This document shows positions 32,474 to 33,227 of a stretch of DNA of 33,227 nucleotides, piece by piece. The DNA comes from a virus (taxonomy: Duplodnaviria; Heunggongvirae; Uroviricota; Caudoviricetes), in IMG/VR virus record IMGVR_UViG_3300045450_000131, positions 1-33,227 of that record; one strand, 5' to 3'. Within the stretch, counting starts at the first letter, position 1. Each line of letters opens with the position of its first letter. The notes beneath the pieces were generated by a model. That model worked only from the letters and a program-made list of their open reading frames with translations, made no database searches and was not told the origin of the DNA. The translations under genes and the position numbers were made by a program.

Positions 32474-32561
32474 GAGGAGGATAACAGAATCGAACTGTTG
32501 CCGGCTCATCACCGACAGGCTTGCTTTCGAAACAAGTTACACACCTTGTGCCCTATCCTCC
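32472..32561 (-). tRNA. tRNA-Ser(CGA), type II, atypical 8/4 fold, U73, encoded CCA
   Basis: GGAGGATA/TATCCTCC acceptor, D arm GCAC-AAGGT-GTGT, anticodon arm CTTGT-TTCGAAA-GCAAG, variable arm TGTCGG/CCGGCA, T arm ACAG-TTCGATT-CTGT, then T-CCA. Confidence 0.85.
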
Positions 32562-32986
32562 AATATGGCAATTATATCACTTCTGATTTCCATGAGTATA
32601 ATTCCCAACCTATTTTTACCATCGTTACCACAAACTCCCCAGTACTTGTCACCCCAGTGATTTGTCTCCTCCAAATATGCATCACCTGTATCAAGTAGAA
32701 GCTGCATAAACTTTGGCTGGCTAAACTTTTGGATTAGCAAGTCGCGCATTACATCTTCTTTGATTTCTTCCCAGTCACTTCTTAAGGTGACTTTCTTACC
32801 TAGGTTCTTTGCAATCTGTGCGGTAGATGCTTCTTGAATTTCTTTTCGCTGCTTTAAATCTAAAGTTTTAGCAGCTTGATATGCATGCTCCGTGCTTCGG
32901 TAAGGAGCTCCTTCATATACAACCCACACCGACCAGAAGTTTGAGAGAAATCGATTTTCGTTAAAGAAGCCTTTAATTTCATTCAT
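32537..32986 (-). CDS. NADAR (YbiA/DUF1768, T4 gp30.3-like) family protein
   Basis: FLSNFW, STEHAYQAAK, AK.LGK, QKFSQ, LLDTG, DKYWG and GKNRLGIILMEIR motifs; start ATG 32986. Confidence 0.92.
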   Translation of the reverse strand: MNEIKGFFNENRFLSNFWSVWVVYEGAPYRSTEHAYQAAKTLDLKQRKEIQEASTAQIAKNLGKKVTLRSDWEEIKEDVMRDLLIQKFSQPKFMQLLLDTGDAYLEETNHWGDKYWGVCGNDGKNRLGIILMEIRSDIIAILEDRAQGV

Positions 32987-33227
32987 AGCAAGCAATACAC
33001 GATAAAGATGTAAGTGAGAGAGTGAATGAGCTGGTCAAAACCTAAAAGCCACCAAAATTGTTCATGAGTGTTAGGCGCATAACCTAACTTCCTATTCAAA
33101 TTCATCTTAGCCCAGTCAACGTGGTAGTGAATTAAAAAATCTAGAATACCAAAAAGACTAGCTGCAAATGGGTTAACAAACCAAACTAAAACAAGTGAGG
33201 TGCCAATACCATGAAGCATTGCGTGCT
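32983..33227 (-). CDS. DUF3307 family membrane protein, 5' end outside the window
   Basis: HAMLHG...HYHVDWAK...FW..LGFDQLIH..TY; frame open to the window edge. Confidence 0.8.
   Translation of the reverse strand, partial: HAMLHGIGTSLVLVWFVNPFAASLFGILDFLIHYHVDWAKMNLNRKLGYAPNTHEQFWWLLGFDQLIHSLTYIFIVYCLL

Noticed and set aside
32405-32698. 97-aa plus-strand ORF
   Set aside because: Lies antisense across the tRNA, the structured element and NADAR; no RBS.
1-33227. Stop-codon reassignment
   Set aside because: TAA, TGA and TAG all end genes at sensible positions (e.g. TAG at 4001, 4906, 14468), and known proteins are full length under code 11.
1-33227. CRISPR array, integrase, transposase, intron or intein
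   Set aside because: No regularly spaced repeats, no recombinase or transposase motifs, and conserved enzymes are not interrupted.

Overview
33.2-kb segment of what appears to be a large lytic tailed phage genome (jumbo/T4-like). It holds about 65 densely packed CDSs, mostly on the minus strand. There are no core virion or replisome genes and no integrase or CRISPR array. Transcription signals are legible: about 9 copies of an early promoter (G)TGTACA-N17-TATAAT and several T4-type late boxes (TATAAATA/CTAAATA). Recognisable accessory genes: CCA-adding enzyme, HD hydrolase, metallophosphoesterase, HAD, SF1 helicase, vWA, NADAR, YafQ-like toxin, GT-B glycosyltransferase, TviB/WbpO-like UDP-sugar dehydrogenase, O-acetyltransferase, GH16-like protein, L,D-transpeptidase-like protein, LolA and DUF1328. 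Many genes point at the host envelope. Best leads: (1) a late operon with a free-standing BvgS-like Venus-flytrap lipoprotein plus two paralogous single-pass proteins resembling the GAF-like periplasmic domain of T4 holin T; (2) a 163-nt, almost fully base-paired element with a perfect 24-bp terminal inverted repeat and a T-loop arm, fused to the CCA end of an atypical (8/4) tRNA-Ser(CGA) and abutting the promoter of a toxin-antitoxin-like pair; (3) an operon of five exported proteins behind a structured 120-nt leader; (4) a phage-borne LolA. All family calls come from motif recognition by eye, not from database searches. Several start codons were moved relative to the ORF track using RBS position.
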